NCBI GenBank assembly: GCA_964187785.1
Contig: OZ076409.1
Location: forward strand, 43,526,001 to 43,590,000
Length of the DNA stretch: 64,000 nucleotides
Source: Amphiscolops sp. MND2022
Lineage: Eukaryota
Reading direction: 5' to 3'
A program made the translations under genes and the position numbers. The notes beneath the pieces were generated by a model, which was given only the letters and a program-made list of their open reading frames with translations, was not told where the DNA came from and searched no databases. This document shows positions 38,960 to 51,772 of this stretch, piece after piece (positions within the stretch are counted from its first letter, which is position 1; every line of letters starts with the position of its first letter).

Positions 38960-40008
38960 TTATACTTGCGATAAGCAAGTGTTATGGGAAAGTGCGGGTG
39001 CTTTTTTTTCCGCGCGACAACTCTCTCGTTTCAGACCGCAAGTCGCATAATTCAGACTTTTTTGGTCTAGCGGTAAGATGCTTGCTTTTCAACCCAGAGG
39101 GTCCGGGTTCGAACCCGTGCCTATGCGCTAATTTTTTTTACAAAATTTTCGAAGCAGAAGATTCTCACTTTTTTCGACAATGAGACTCCCCTCCCCCTTT
39201 TCGGCTTTTTGAGACTTATTTTCGAAAATTTTTTAATGTCCCCCTTCATTTTTTTGATATTTTGCAACAGAACGAACGTTAAAAAATTCAAAAGGGTCTC
39301 TTATTTCAGATTTTTCGGCACTATGAGACTGTTAAAAATTTGTATTTTTTTCGAAATTTTTTCGAAGTCTCCAAATGGTCCCCCTTCAATTTTTTTTTGA
39401 AATATCGCAAAAGAATGGATGTTAAAATATCTCAAGGAACCCCCCTTTCACAGTTTTCGGCCTTGTGAGATTTTTCAAAAGTAATAATTTTTGTCTTAAA
39501 GTTAGGTTTTCTCAGGCCCAGCACGCTATATCCGATTTTTTTTCAAAGACCGGTGTTTTTCATATGCGACTTTTTCAATTTTTTTTCATCGAAGTCCCCC
39601 CTCAATTTTTACCAAAAATGAAACGTTTTGTGACTCTAAAGGACTCGTCAAGGTTTTCGGCACTATGCGACTTCAAAAAAATTGCCGGTGACCTTCAAAA
39701 AAATTTTTCGAAAATATTTTGGAAAAATTTTGGAAAATTTTTGAAAAAATTCAAAAAAAAATTTCCTTCAATTTTCTGTTTGTTTTTGAGGTTTTCCGTT
39801 GAGGAAGATGGGTTTTTTGCTGTTTTCAGTTGGGGAAGAATGGTTTTCGAGACTTATGCCCATCCCTTCGGGTATTTTTTGGCGCTGTAAAATTGATGAA
39901 ATTTTAACATAGTCCTTTTACCCTTGGTTCTACGTATGATATTGCTTATTTGGTTTTCAAAACTTCGCAAGTGTTTGCGAAGCACGGCTTCGCCTCTGTG
40001 TTCTAATT
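38960..40008 (+). mobile_element. HINE-like element family 3 containing a tRNA-derived segment
   Basis: Sub-TIR ATACTTGCGA / TCGCAAGTGT (9/10) and 3' hairpin GCACGG-CTTCG-CCTCTGTG. The body shares TTTTCGGCACTATG repeats with family 1. An inverted partial copy lies at ~44060-44545. Confidence 0.65.
39063..39118 (+). pseudogene. tRNA-Glu(TTC)-derived segment (Pol III A and B boxes), no acceptor stem
   Basis: TGGTCTAGCGG (A box) ..CTTGCTTTTCAACCCAGAGGGTCC.. GGTTCGAACCC (B box). Resembles eukaryotic tRNA-Glu-TTC (TGGTCTAGCGGTTAGGATTCCTGGTTTTCACCCAGGCGGCCCGGGTTCGA), recalled from memory. Confidence 0.65.
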
Positions 40009-40177
40009 ATGAATTACAAAACTTTACTTACGACTTCCAATTTATGTTCTATGTTGAAATCCAGGGTTTGACTGCGAATGTTTTATCCCGCAGAAGTGGT
40101 ATACTTCAAAACGTATGAATCCGCACATGCATAGAACTGAAAGATGTATGTTACCGCATGATCGATGAACATAATGT

Positions 40178-40277
40178 CGCATAATCAAAAAATGCACAAT
40201 GTCGTATATACAAAAGAACAAGATGCGCATAATCAGAAAATGCACAATGCCGTATATACATAACTACAAAGATGCGA
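40178..40277. repeat. Short tandem duplication (~48 bp x2)
   Basis: CGCATAATCA(A/G)AAAATGCACAATG(T/C)CGTATATACA occurs twice in tandem. Confidence 0.85.
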
Positions 40278-40765
40278 ATGACGACGCATATTAAGTATAT
40301 TGAAGATGCATTTCGACGCCTATTCGTCAGACAAATAAGCGTAAGATGAATATGTATGTTGCTATTGAAAACTTACAAAGAACAAGTTAGGACAACTTTC
40401 ATAATCAACAATTATGACTCACAATTGGTAAACAATTATGAAGGGGATATGTCAAGCTTAGTAGCTCAAAATCAATCTAATTAACAATTAATTAATCTAA
40501 TTAATAATCCTGTTGAAAGATGAAAGGTACAAATGAATTACATAACTATACATAACTACAAGAATATGAAGACAAGTTCTACGGAGTTTATAATGTTCAC
40601 CAATTGGGTTTAGCTGCCATTTGCTTCTTTCATATTTGCACTACGGACCTATCTTTGTGGCTGTGACAGTGATAATTGGATTTTTTGGGCATAACTGAAG
40701 AAGTTTAGAACTCACATTAGTAACAAGGGCGATAAAATCGACATATAAGGTATATCTGACTTTTA

Positions 40766-40951
40766 TATTTTCCGCCCACATATAACGGGGGAGGAAAATC
40801 ATAATATGTGTTGCGTTTTTTCCAAATTCTGCCAAAACTCACTTTATCTACATCCACTTCATTTAGTTACTTGACTATTTTACTAGTAACTAAAATAGCG
40901 CCACGGCACAGTTGGTAGGAAAATATCCCGTTGCTTAGCGGGCGTCTTGTT
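40766..40951 (+). mobile_element. HINE-like element family 2
   Basis: 5' TATTTTCCGCCCACATATAA.GGGGGAGGAAAA. 3' GGAAAA..CCCGTTGCTTAGCGGG hairpin + CGTCTTGTT. Confidence 0.6.
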
Positions 40952-43176
40952 CATTTATAAAGCCTTTTTAGCGTTATGGAAGTTGGCTACCTGAAAATAT
41001 GGAAACTTCGATTTTGAAAAACTTCACAATCCATTGTTCAATCCGGGACAAACTATTGAATACACAAAAGCGCTCTTTCTAAAATATATCTGTTCTGAAA
41101 AATATAGTTCGGAAATGACCTGAATGCTTTATACCAGTTACGAGAGGTCTAGTCGAGACTGCTGGATGCAAGCCTCTATGCAGAAATATTTCTTACAAGG
41201 AGAAAATTACGGTGTCAAATCTTTCAAGTGAGCTTTCAGGTGTACACTGCAGTTTCCACTATTGAAATTCAACTCGAAAAGAATTTTCTTTGTTCCTCAC
41301 AAACAGTGCCACACTGTTTCCACACATTGATTTCTCTCATGTACTCATTTTTCTCATGTATTCACCTCATGTAATCACCGCGTCTCAGATAATACGCTAG
41401 AGGTGACGCTAGTTATTTGTATTTTACAACGTCACTGAAGTTGAAATGGCCGTAACAATGACATCTCTTAAAAACAGACCTGTTTTTTGATGCAACCTGC
41501 AAACCTCCAGGTCTACGAGTTGCCGCCGAATTTATGTTGTTTCTACCGAGCAGCTTGATAAAAGTCGGAAAACAACAGGGAAATTCTAATGAATGATTTT
41601 TTTGAATAACTTTTAGAGAATCATAGAGAGTAAAAGTAGTTGGCAATCTTCAAAAACGTAAAAAGTTCAAACAGTTTAACAAAAGAACTTTGAGATATGG
41701 CGGATGACACACTAGGAAGGATTTGAAGCTGCGGCTTTTTTTAAATAAAGAACCGCGCTGAATAAAGACTGACCAACCCTGGTAAGCAAAATCTAATTTG
41801 TTGAAAAGCTTCTTAAAAACAGCTACCATTGAGCTGAAGAATTTTTTCAAGTTTGTATAATGGAAATGATGTTGAACGAATGAAGTTGTTCTGGGGCGCG
41901 CCAAAAAACTTTTTCACTGGTGAAGAAATTGGAAGTGAAATATTCCCTTGAATTTAGAAATTTCGCGAAACTGTTTTTACGATGCATTATTTGGAGAATC
42001 ATTACAGGTTATACAATTGGAACAAAAAAAAATTAATTATCGGAAAATTTCAGTTGGATTAACCAGGGTATTCAAGCGATTGGTCTGATTTAGCGAAGCA
42101 CATTGGCATTTTTTTGTGATAATTCTGTGGGATTTATTTTTGCTTCTTACTACCTTACAATTTATGATAGGTACACCTTCGTTTTCTTTTGAAAAAGTTC
42201 GACAAGTTCAAATTCTCAAATCATTCATCTTCATGCTTGTCAGATGAAAACAAATTGGCTTCCTTTGATTTGAAGTTTTTATTTGAGGACTTCGTTTCAT
42301 CTTGATGCTGTAAAAGTTGTACTACCAAGAACTTTTGGCATGATTTTTGGAGTTTCATAGAGAATCATTAATGATAAATGTTTCCCTTAGGTTATTTAAT
42401 TGGATTTTTATACAATTGGCTGGTTTTCATAGCAACATCAAGGAAATTGAAAACATTTCCGCGAAGTTTCGCAGATTTTCGCGGGCAAAACCTCAATTTT
42501 CGAAAGTGCTGACCCACCAAAATTGCGTAAACAAAAAATCTAAGAAAACCAGTGTGGCAAACAAATTCGTAACGCTGGAATTTTTTGGAGGGAAAGTTTT
42601 TGAATCGTCAAAGTTTTCAAAGGTCGTGACAAAATCTTTTAAAAATCGAAAAGGATCTTTAGAAGGTTTTATGAGCATTTTTCTTAGAATTCGTTGCAAA
42701 AAATGAAAATTTTGATCTATGATGCTAAAAGAAACATTTTCGAAAAAACTCGAATTCAATTCTCGGTTTCTAGAGTTCCTTTCTGGGCGTGTGGGAATAA
42801 CGTCTAAAGAATAAGGTCTATATTAATACTACAAGCATTGATATCACTTTTCAGACTAGTGCAGCACATAGCCATTACATAATAAAGAAAATAGGCTACT
42901 TTTGCGCATGAAAAAGTTTTCCATAAAAATGTAAGTTTCATGCTCGTGTGAAAACAATTTTTCTCAACTGACTTTTCTTGATGAAGCTTCGCAACTCTCG
43001 TCAAGTACAATTTTTGTTTATTGACCTCAAAAAACGATTAGCGGAAGGTCAAATTCTTGCTGAAGTTTGGTTGATAGTTGGTGAAAAAGTCACTTGACAC
43101 GACCTCAGGAACTGTTTTCTTGAAAACTGATCGCCTGTCGGGAAAAATACCACTAGCCAAAAAAACTGTTGATTAT

Positions 43177-43456
43177 AAACAAGACGCCCGCTAAGCACCG
43201 GGATTTTTCCGCTAAAAATGTAACGCATCAGTGTCTACCAGGCAGACGCAGTGCCAACTGCGCCACGGTGGAGATTTGGCAAGTGGAGTAATAGAGTGAG
43301 TTCAAGAGTAGAGTTCAAGTAACTAAAATAGTCAAGTAACTATGTAGTTATAGCCAAGTAGTGGATGGAGATCGCGGAGATTTGGCAAAATTTGTAAAAA
43401 AAAAACGCAACGCAGATCATGGTTTTCCTCCCCCATTATATGTGGGCGGAAAATAA
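43177..43456 (-). mobile_element. HINE-like element family 2, inverted copy
   Basis: Reverse complement has the same termini as 40766-40951 with a longer interior. Confidence 0.6.
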
Positions 43457-44059
43457 TATTCAACTATTATGAATATTAATTACCTGGGGACGAAAGGGAA
43501 AATTTTGCTCCTGACCATTTTTTAAATTAGGCTCGATTTGCAGGGAATTGAGAAGATTGACTGAGAGAGCATTTTTGAAATAGTTGTGACATTTATCAAA
43601 ACACACGAACAAGTAACTCTGAGAAATGAAGAAAAATCACGGAAACGAAAAAAAATTGTAGAAAATGGTTCCAATTAAGACAATTTAAGGGAAGTTTTCT
43701 TTCGAATGAGACCCATACATGAAAAATTCTACTAAAAAATAGAAATCATTTATGTAAAACGAACTAAAGGTTTTTTGGAAACATTTAGCGGGTTTTCACT
43801 CATTAGCGAAAAGTCAATTTCTTGCTGAAGAATAGTTTTTAATTTAGTTGATTATTGGTGAAAGTTTTTGGATATGACCGAAGCTTTCTTGAAAACTGAT
43901 TGCCTTACTTTACATGGCTGCAAATATAGCAACATAGCTTGTTATGGGTAGATAGTATCCGAAAGGGCGCCGATTTAGAAAAGCAGAACTTCTTGCGAAA
44001 TTGGAGAAACTAATTTTTAAAAAGAACACAACTCTTAGTGGCATTTTTTCCAATTGTTT

Positions 44060-44545
44060 GGACTCAGAGGCGAAACCGTGCTTCGCAAACGCTTGCACAG
44101 AAGGTTGCGAACTTTTGAAGAAAACCAAATGAGCAAAATCATACGGAGAACAAATGTGAATTGACATTGTTAAAATTTCATCAATTTTCCAGCGCCAGAA
44201 AATACCCGAAGGGATACGCATAAATCTCGAAAACCATTCTTCCCCAATGGGGAAACAGCAAAAAACCCATCTTTCTCAATGGGAAACAATTATTTAAAAA
44301 ACAGAAAAATAAGGGAGAAAATTTCGAAAGGTCTCCGGTAAGTCGCATAGTGCCGAAAACCGTGAGCAGTCCTTCATGCTCGCAAAACGTTTCATTTTTG
44401 GTAAAAATGGAGGAGGGGCTTCGATGAAAACAAATTGGAGAAAAGTAGCACAGAAAAAACGCAGGTCGTTAAAAAAATCAAAATTCGGATATTGCGTGCT
44501 GGGCCTCAGAAAACCTAATTTTAAGACAGTAATTATTCATTTCGA
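44060..44545 (-). mobile_element. Partial inverted copy of HINE family 3
   Basis: Reverse-complement match to ~39485-40000 (e.g. CAGAGGCGAAACCGTGCTTCGCAAAC, AAATACCCGAAGGGAT). Confidence 0.75.
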
Positions 44546-45260
44546 AATTTCTCTAAATTGTGCCATTTTTATAGAAGAAACTGTATTTTCTAACCATTAT
44601 GATTTTGCGGATCTACTCCCACAGGCACCAGCTTCTTCGTCCTGCGTCCAGGGATCCTCTGGAGGTCCACGAACCCGCACTGACGTTTGCAACCTATCAA
44701 TTTTGCGAAATTTTTCTACTTGTATCCCAAAATGCATTCCGACTTTCTATGTAATTTTTTAAATTACTCTTTCTCGCTCCGGAAAATCAGGCAAAGGCTC
44801 GCAGTGAAACCGTGTGCGGAACCTCTCGCCGCCTTGGATTGCTTGACATAACAAGCTAGCCCCTTTTACACTCTGGCACATAGTTATAACGAATGCATCC
44901 TCCCATATTCCAGTACTGCCAGTAAATCAATATGTCCGTCTGTAATAACCAGGCCGTAGCTAAAATCTAAATAGTCAAATTGTCACGCTTGTACCCTGAA
45001 TCTACCGTACAATCTTGTAGATAGGAATGATAGTTCAAATCGCGGCATCAGATGTGCTTTCCAAGACTTTCGAACGCTCATGAGCCAAAAAGTCGTTAGG
45101 AGCAGTCACCAGACATCCTCGACAATATTCTTTGAACTCATTGGTTCATTGGTCTGCATAACTTTTGTTGCTGCCACCCTGAGACCCTTGCATTTTGGTC
45201 CTGGTGAACTATCCTTACGATCTTAGGGAATATTTCATTTTTTTGTACATTTTTTACAAC

Positions 45261-46076
45261 TCAATATGTGCATGTATTTTTCTCTAATTGCTTTCTCTGC
45301 ACATACCTGATTTTCGACCACAGACTAAAAAATAGATGCTTGAAAAGAAGCATTCCCCCAATTTCAGCCAAATTCCCCAGTGGTTCCTTTCTCCCAGGAT
45401 TAGATAGGTCCACAAACACATTGGACGCACGCGAAGATAATTTGGCCTCCCACATGCACGTATATCCGAACTTGTCGCATAACTCAATCCGTCTGGCTAA
45501 GGACAAGGGAAGATGCTTCTGCACCTTCTTCCCCTCATCACTGTCAAAGTAGCAGGTTTGACAGTTTGTCAGGAACCCAAGACGATACGTATAGTATTTT
45601 CTCTCTCTTTTTAGCAATCATACCTACAAAAAAACTCATGATTTTACTAAATGATGTACTCACTCTTCTGCTAAAGCTTTCAGCCCACCGAGAGCCGCTG
45701 GGTACGCCACTCTAGCCTCTGACAGAGCAGCAACTATATGTAACTGCACCCCCCGATAAAGCTCTGTTTTTCCCACGTTTTTGCCCTTCTTCCAGTCTCT
45801 GATATGTACTTTGTACAACAAATTACCCACTTGTTCTGGTATAGGAACGGGAGGATACTCATTACGCTGTCCTTTGTACATCAAAACGCCATTTTCCACC
45901 TTGAGACTTCGGCAAAGTTTTCTGAAATTTCCATGTTTCTCAGATGTTTTCAGCACAGTGTTATCCAAAACACCATCATTGAGATCCTTGACATGTGCTT
46001 CGTGCAAAAACCGATCCGTGTGGAAATCTGAAACAATCGCAAATGTCGTCACTACTACCTTTTTTCTCTTTCTCAT
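45261..46076 (-). pseudogene. Possible Ginger/GIN-like integrase N-terminal (H2C2) fragment with a short intron
   Basis: GNFRKLCRSLKVENGVLMYK..PVPIPEQVGNLLYKVH, then a GTGAGT...TTTGTAG intron-like segment (45624-45663), then FLTNCQTC. No DDE core recognised. Confidence 0.35.
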
Positions 46077-47039
46077 TTTTCAGTTCCTTTTCTTTTGCCA
46101 ACTCTTCAAGTCACAATGGCGCGCCGACACATGACTAGCACATATATCTTATACATGACTAGCATTAATAGTACACAAGTCTCAATTTTACAAAATTATC
46201 ACTATATTAGTACATTTTTTTCTTTCTTCGTTTTGACTGTTTTCTTTTACTAGTTTTCTACTCTTTTTTTCTTTTTCTCAGGAAAATTTCATTTTTTTCT
46301 CTTTTTCTTCTCTTTTTTCTCTTTGTTCTTTGTGCTCCTCTTTAGTTGATCTTCATTTTCTGCGCAACAAAGCCACAACACATATACATGGGCGATGGTC
46401 GCCAGAACCACCCCTCACGCCGCTCAGCCACCACTTCAGGTAGCTGGAGTTGTTTGGAGTCAACTTGGCCAATGACTCCTCACACTCTGGTCTCCACGTT
46501 TGACTAAATGAGAGAAGCTGGCCTTCTCTCTCCACATACATGCCCTCGCGGCACAACCACAAAACAAAATCGGCAAATTTTGCCGCCAGACAATTCATTT
46601 TAGACTTTCTGAAAAACTTACGAACAAATTAACTTTGACTCACTTTGATTAGTTAGGCAGTAGAACTCCGATCGGGAACAATGATGAATCAACAGCAGAA
46701 CAAACTATTCTCTAGCTCGACAAATTGACATCTATTGACAACTTTCGATCACACAAACATGATATTCGAACTCTTTTTTGCTCTTTTTGTTGACATATGA
46801 TACACGCCACCTCCGGTTTAAATACCATGGTTCCAAGACCACATTCCTTATTTACATGATCACGCCCGATGGTGTTCCCCACCTCAATAAGGTTCTACTT
46901 CTCACTTATGCTTACAAACGAGCAGCCACTTTGCTCTTCTATTAAAGGATAAATACCACATCTCATTTCATTCATTACATTCAAAAATACAATAAACTTT
47001 GATATTCAACAACTTTCGTTCAACACCGAAATGTTCGAT

Positions 47040-49247
47040 ATGACTTCGCTTTGTTTGCTTCTTTTTCTTGCATCTTTGGGATGTTCTCAATCTCCCATTT
47101 CCGCATTTGATGATTCTGATGGCCTCCTCAGAAAAGGTATAATCTTCCATGAGAACAAGAAGATCTTATTTGCTGAGAAATTCATCGACGTTGAATTCTT
47201 ACTACCATTTCCAAAATTCGCTGTGTACTTCAAATCTGATCTTGAGCATCTCTTGTCTGTGATGGCAACAACTTGGCACATGCCGACATTTAATTGCTAC
47301 TTGAATATTACTAATGTTTCCTTGGAAGGATTCCACGTCAATTGGTTCCTTACGGAAGTCCAAAATGAATAACAACTTGCTGGAAAAGCATTGAATACAC
47401 TGCAGTTGGAAATTGCATCATCCTTTCATCCACCTTCGCCTCTTTCTCAGCATGATCGCTCTCGTCGTGCTGTTCCTCTTTCAGCTGTCGCTGATGGAGC
47501 TATCGGACTTTTCGGCACTGGAATTGCCATGGGAAGTGATGACTGTGGACTGCTCGGAATTTTTGGAACTTGTCAATCAAAAGAAAATGCAAATGCAATC
47601 AACCGCATGTTTCACATGACCGAAAACTGGGCTGCTATTTTACAACATCTGCCGTCTGCTATCAACGAAAAATTTCTTATGGTGGGACAGGAGTTGAAGG
47701 CCATTCGTGACCTTCAAGCTCAGATGATCGAAGTACAGAATGCTAACTGGCATACGATCTCTCAACAAATTGAGACCTTTCGTCACGTTATACACGAGAT
47801 GCGCAATTGTGATCAGTTGCTCTTCACTAGACAGCAGATCAATTTGAATTTCGATACGGTCACCTCGTTGCTGACTCTTTCCTACTCCAACGTCAAATCA
47901 TACCGGTCATTTTTTTGCATATCGTTCAAATCTCCTCAACAGGATTCCAGCTCTATTTGACAAGTATATTCCGATCTCTTTACTGGATCGTTCCTCATTG
48001 GAACAAGTGCTTAATGTGGTTCAGGACATCCAAAACAAGGCAACGGATCGACCGACTCTTGCCATCCCCTATCAAGAGACCCTTTCTCATTACGAAGCTC
48101 GTCTTTTCTAGGACTTAGTAACACTTCCTGATGGTCTCCTGACAAAGATGTCCATTCTTCTAGCCTCTCGTCAAAAGGTTCTCAACACCCATGAGGCTAT
48201 TCCGATTCCCATGCCTCAACTTGATGACTCTGATGTCATGATTTGGTCCCTCGAAGCTGACTTTTTAGCAGTTTACGAGGATGCACGTGAAACAGCCAGT
48301 GGTACCCGTCACGATCTCGCGTCTTGTATCTGATCCTCCCGATACAGCATGTGCCAACAGGGTTTAGCAACAGAAAGCCTTGGTTCCTCTTGCCTCTCCT
48401 TACTCTTCTTCGGCAACTTGTCCAGGCAATCAAGGTTTGTGACCTCATCCTTTTTAAACTTCCCGTCATGGAACGCGCTGTCAATTTGCGCTTTGGGATC
48501 TGGCTGATTCTATCAGCAACTGCCGATTTTGAACTCCGAGAGTCCGTGGCCAATGATACGTCTCATCTGTTCATCAAAGTCTTCCCTGGTTGCGGAATAT
48601 GTATATACACTTCACCGTGTTGACACCAACTTCGAGGTCCTAATGTATTCTTTCGTTCCGACGTCCATTCCTGTTCGAAGGTGCCTTCCATTAAAACCCA
48701 TGTTGACCTTCCAGTTCCATTGTTGGACGTCCTCAGTGTTCTTCCGTCTCTCAATGAACTACTATCATATAACACGAAATCTTTAGCGAATCTGGACCTT
48801 CTACGTTTCTTGAAACATGAAATGAAATACATCTCTCCCACAGCTCTACAAACACCTGATACTCTTCGGACATTGGCTCAACCCATCGCCATGAAAATGC
48901 CAGATTTGAAAAACCCTCTCAAACACGAGTTCAGTCATATCCCTACATTTAAAACAACTCTGACAATGGGACTCGCAAGTTCTTTAATTTCGATGCTACT
49001 TCATTTACTATTCATATATATAGTTCATCGCTGTCACAATTTGCACAAATTAATGCTATTTAAACATACTCTGAAAAGTAAGGACGAAAAGATAAAACTT
49101 CCTCTCCACCCCTTCTTTTGGGTTCCTTCTGACGATATTGACGCGATAAGGGCAGACCATAAATTTCGTTGCCTTAATAAATGTCGAATAGCAACACATA
49201 ATCCCTCCACGGAACCCCAACACTATACGCAGATTCTCTGTGTGTAA
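47040..49247 (+). pseudogene. Decayed retroviral-like envelope (class I fusion glycoprotein, F/errantivirus-env-like)
   Basis: Signal peptide MTSLCLLLFLASLGCS, furin site RSRR followed by hydrophobic AVPLSAVADGAIGLFGTGIAMG, heptad-rich segment, Cys-rich region, and TM LTMGLASSLISMLLHLLFIYIV. Stop at 47370-47372 and several frameshifts. Confidence 0.85.
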
Positions 49248-50571
49248 ATTCTTGGACTTTCTCTGTTAAAGTCACCTTCCCTCCTTTTTAGGACCATAGA
49301 ACAGAGTGTGCCTCTTGTACGCTTTTTCGTTTAGTTTTCACTGTTACTGCAGTAGTAAATAATGTCCTCTCTGTTATTTACAGTAGTTGACTGCTTTCCA
49401 GTCAAGTTCTGCCGACTTTGCTAAAAATATTCTTCATTGACAGACATCTGAATAAAGTGCTGCGCTACGATTCCATCACCGTGCCTTGAATTTTCCGTCT
49501 CTCTCCTCTTGCCCGTTCTCCTTTTTTTCTTGTATAATTTTCCTTGTTCCAAATACCAAGGTATTGTTTGAGAACAAGATGTATATCATTGTCGTTAGGA
49601 GTCCGAGTACTCCTTCCCCCAAGATTCGGTGTTCTATCATCATATCCAATGCTGATTTGATTGGTATATTTGTATACAGATCTTCAGTCTCGACAGTTGA
49701 TTATCCATCTATCAATAAACTCTCTTTGTCAAATTTGTTCCAGGTTCATAACCGTTTCAACACTACCCATTGTTGTAGCCGGTATATTTGGTCTGTGACC
49801 AGGCTTACTTTCTTTAATCTCTACTTCTGATATTGCCATTAATCCATCTACCCGTATACGTTTTTCTTTGCTGTTTCGACACAATATCAAGCTCTGCTAA
49901 AAAAGATGATCTTTTCATCTTTCCTTTTCGAACATTATACCTCCCAGTGTTCATCTTTGACCCCCCTTTTTCCGGTTCCCTCCGTTCTTGATTTTGTTTA
50001 GATTTGCACCTTGTATACTCTCATAGTATATGCATAGTACATATTCAACACTTTTTCTCTGGCTCCAAGTTACTTTTTCTGGTCTTTTATTTGTTCACCG
50101 CTGATAAGATAAGGCCTAGGACTGCACTGTCCACGTTAGCCAACACTTTGTTGACTTTCTTGTTGACATCAGCGACATAGTTGCCACACTTTGGCACGTG
50201 CCTTTCCTGTACCTTTGATAACAGCCGCTGGAAATGATTTATCTACAAACAATAGGCCCCATATTCACCTCTTTACTGTAAGTACTGACTCGCTGTTAGC
50301 CAACTAAGCTGACTTTTGGGACCCTTCTTTTTCTTCTATAACCGTCTCGGTCATATAACTTTTGCATGAACTTTAGCATTTCCTTTTCTTTCTTTATAGT
50401 CTTCCGACACCTATGTCATATGTATTTTACCTCTTTTTCTTTTTTGGGCATTTGTGTTGGCTCCGCTTGGTTTCTCTCGGATTCATCAACATTTTTTTGT
50501 TCCATGTCACTGCATCATCTCTCCTGAAACGACTTCACCTGGTGACTCTCCCTTTCTTCAAAAGTGGGGAG

Positions 50572-50838
50572 TGTCATGACTTCATCATGGAAGATTAACA
50601 AAATTTCGTTACAGACAGAGTCCAGCCAATCAGAAGTCTGGACCAATCACAGGAAGAACAGAGAACGAATTGCCGCGGATGATAAAGAACCTGATATAAA
50701 TGATTACTTTTCACTTGAGTAACTATTCGATAAATGTTATTCTAACTCTCTATAACTTTAACAAATCTTTCTGATAAATAACTTGTATTTTCTGAGTTAA
50801 GGAAAGGTGACCCAGCAAGAAATCTGAAGTTAATAACA
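50572..50838 (+). mobile_element. 3' LTR of the env-bearing element, preceded by polypurine tract
   Basis: AAAAGTGGGGAG (50560-50571) directly precedes TGTCATGAC. Two CCAAT boxes and GATATAAAT inside. Probable end TAATAACA (right boundary uncertain). Confidence 0.65.
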
Positions 50839-51130
50839 ATTCAAAAGTCTTCACAAATAGTCCAAATACAATGCTTCTAAATATGATAAGTTACCGCTCG
50901 GACAACACTGATGACAGAAGTGAAGTGCTAACAGGTGCTTCACGGTCCTCCTTCCAGTTTTTCCGTCACCTATGAGAGAGAAAATGTACACCGGGCTAGT
51001 ATTTTGACTTTTAGCACAACCTTCATAAAAACATCTTTTCACCACATCAGAAAGACCGCAATTTCGTACTTTTAAACGATGCGCCGATGAGATTCTCATC
51101 ATGTTCAACATTTCTGCAGTAATATGGCAG

Positions 51131-51545
51131 AACAAGCCGGGATCGGCATAAGTCAGGGCCATAGCTAAAGCTCAAAAATAGCAAAAGGACGTCAAAGTGT
51201 CAACTATTCTTTTGCAGTACCTGAAAGTGTCAAGCATTTTTACAATACAAAAATTGAGCCAAATTGGCAAACTCACGAAAAACCCAAACGACCGAACTGG
51301 CGCGCCAGGTACCCGCTAGCGCGGGCCCCCGACTTGCTAAAAGGGGACTTTTTCGGGTTTTTTAACATCCCTTGTTGTCAAATATCAAAAAAATGGGGGA
51401 CCCTTTGGGTTTTTCAACATCTATGCCGTCGCAAAACATCAAAATTGAAGGGAGGACCCTTTAGTCTCTCCCGGTATTGTTTGTTACGCGAAAAAGGGCA
51501 AAACTTTTTTGGTTCAGTTTCCGACATGAAGCGCCGACTAAAAAA
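51131..51545 (-). mobile_element. HINE family 1 copy
   Basis: AACAAGCCGGGATCGGC...GAAGCGCCGACTAAAAA, the same termini as 28339-29002. Confidence 0.75.
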
Positions 51546-51772
51546 TTAATCAGGAAAAAAAATCAAATATCACAAAACTGGCTCACCTGAATGAAACAAT
51601 ATTTTTCTAATGATCTACTAGAAAGAAATTGAGTTGTTATAAAACCAAGTAAAAATTATGGAGGGTTAATAAATTCAGTTCATCACAAAAACCGATCTTT
51701 GCAGGATATCGTTGTTGTTTTTCCCAATGAACTGTTTCCTCTAGGTCTACTACAAGTAGCGATATTTGAAGT

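Noticed and set aside
39063..39118. Functional tRNA gene
   Set aside because: No acceptor stem and a poor anticodon stem; embedded in a dispersed repeat.
40766..43456. Inverted pair as TIRs of one 2.7-kb transposon
   Set aside because: Each copy has its own complete asymmetric HINE termini and differs internally. No TSD and no recognisable transposase between them.
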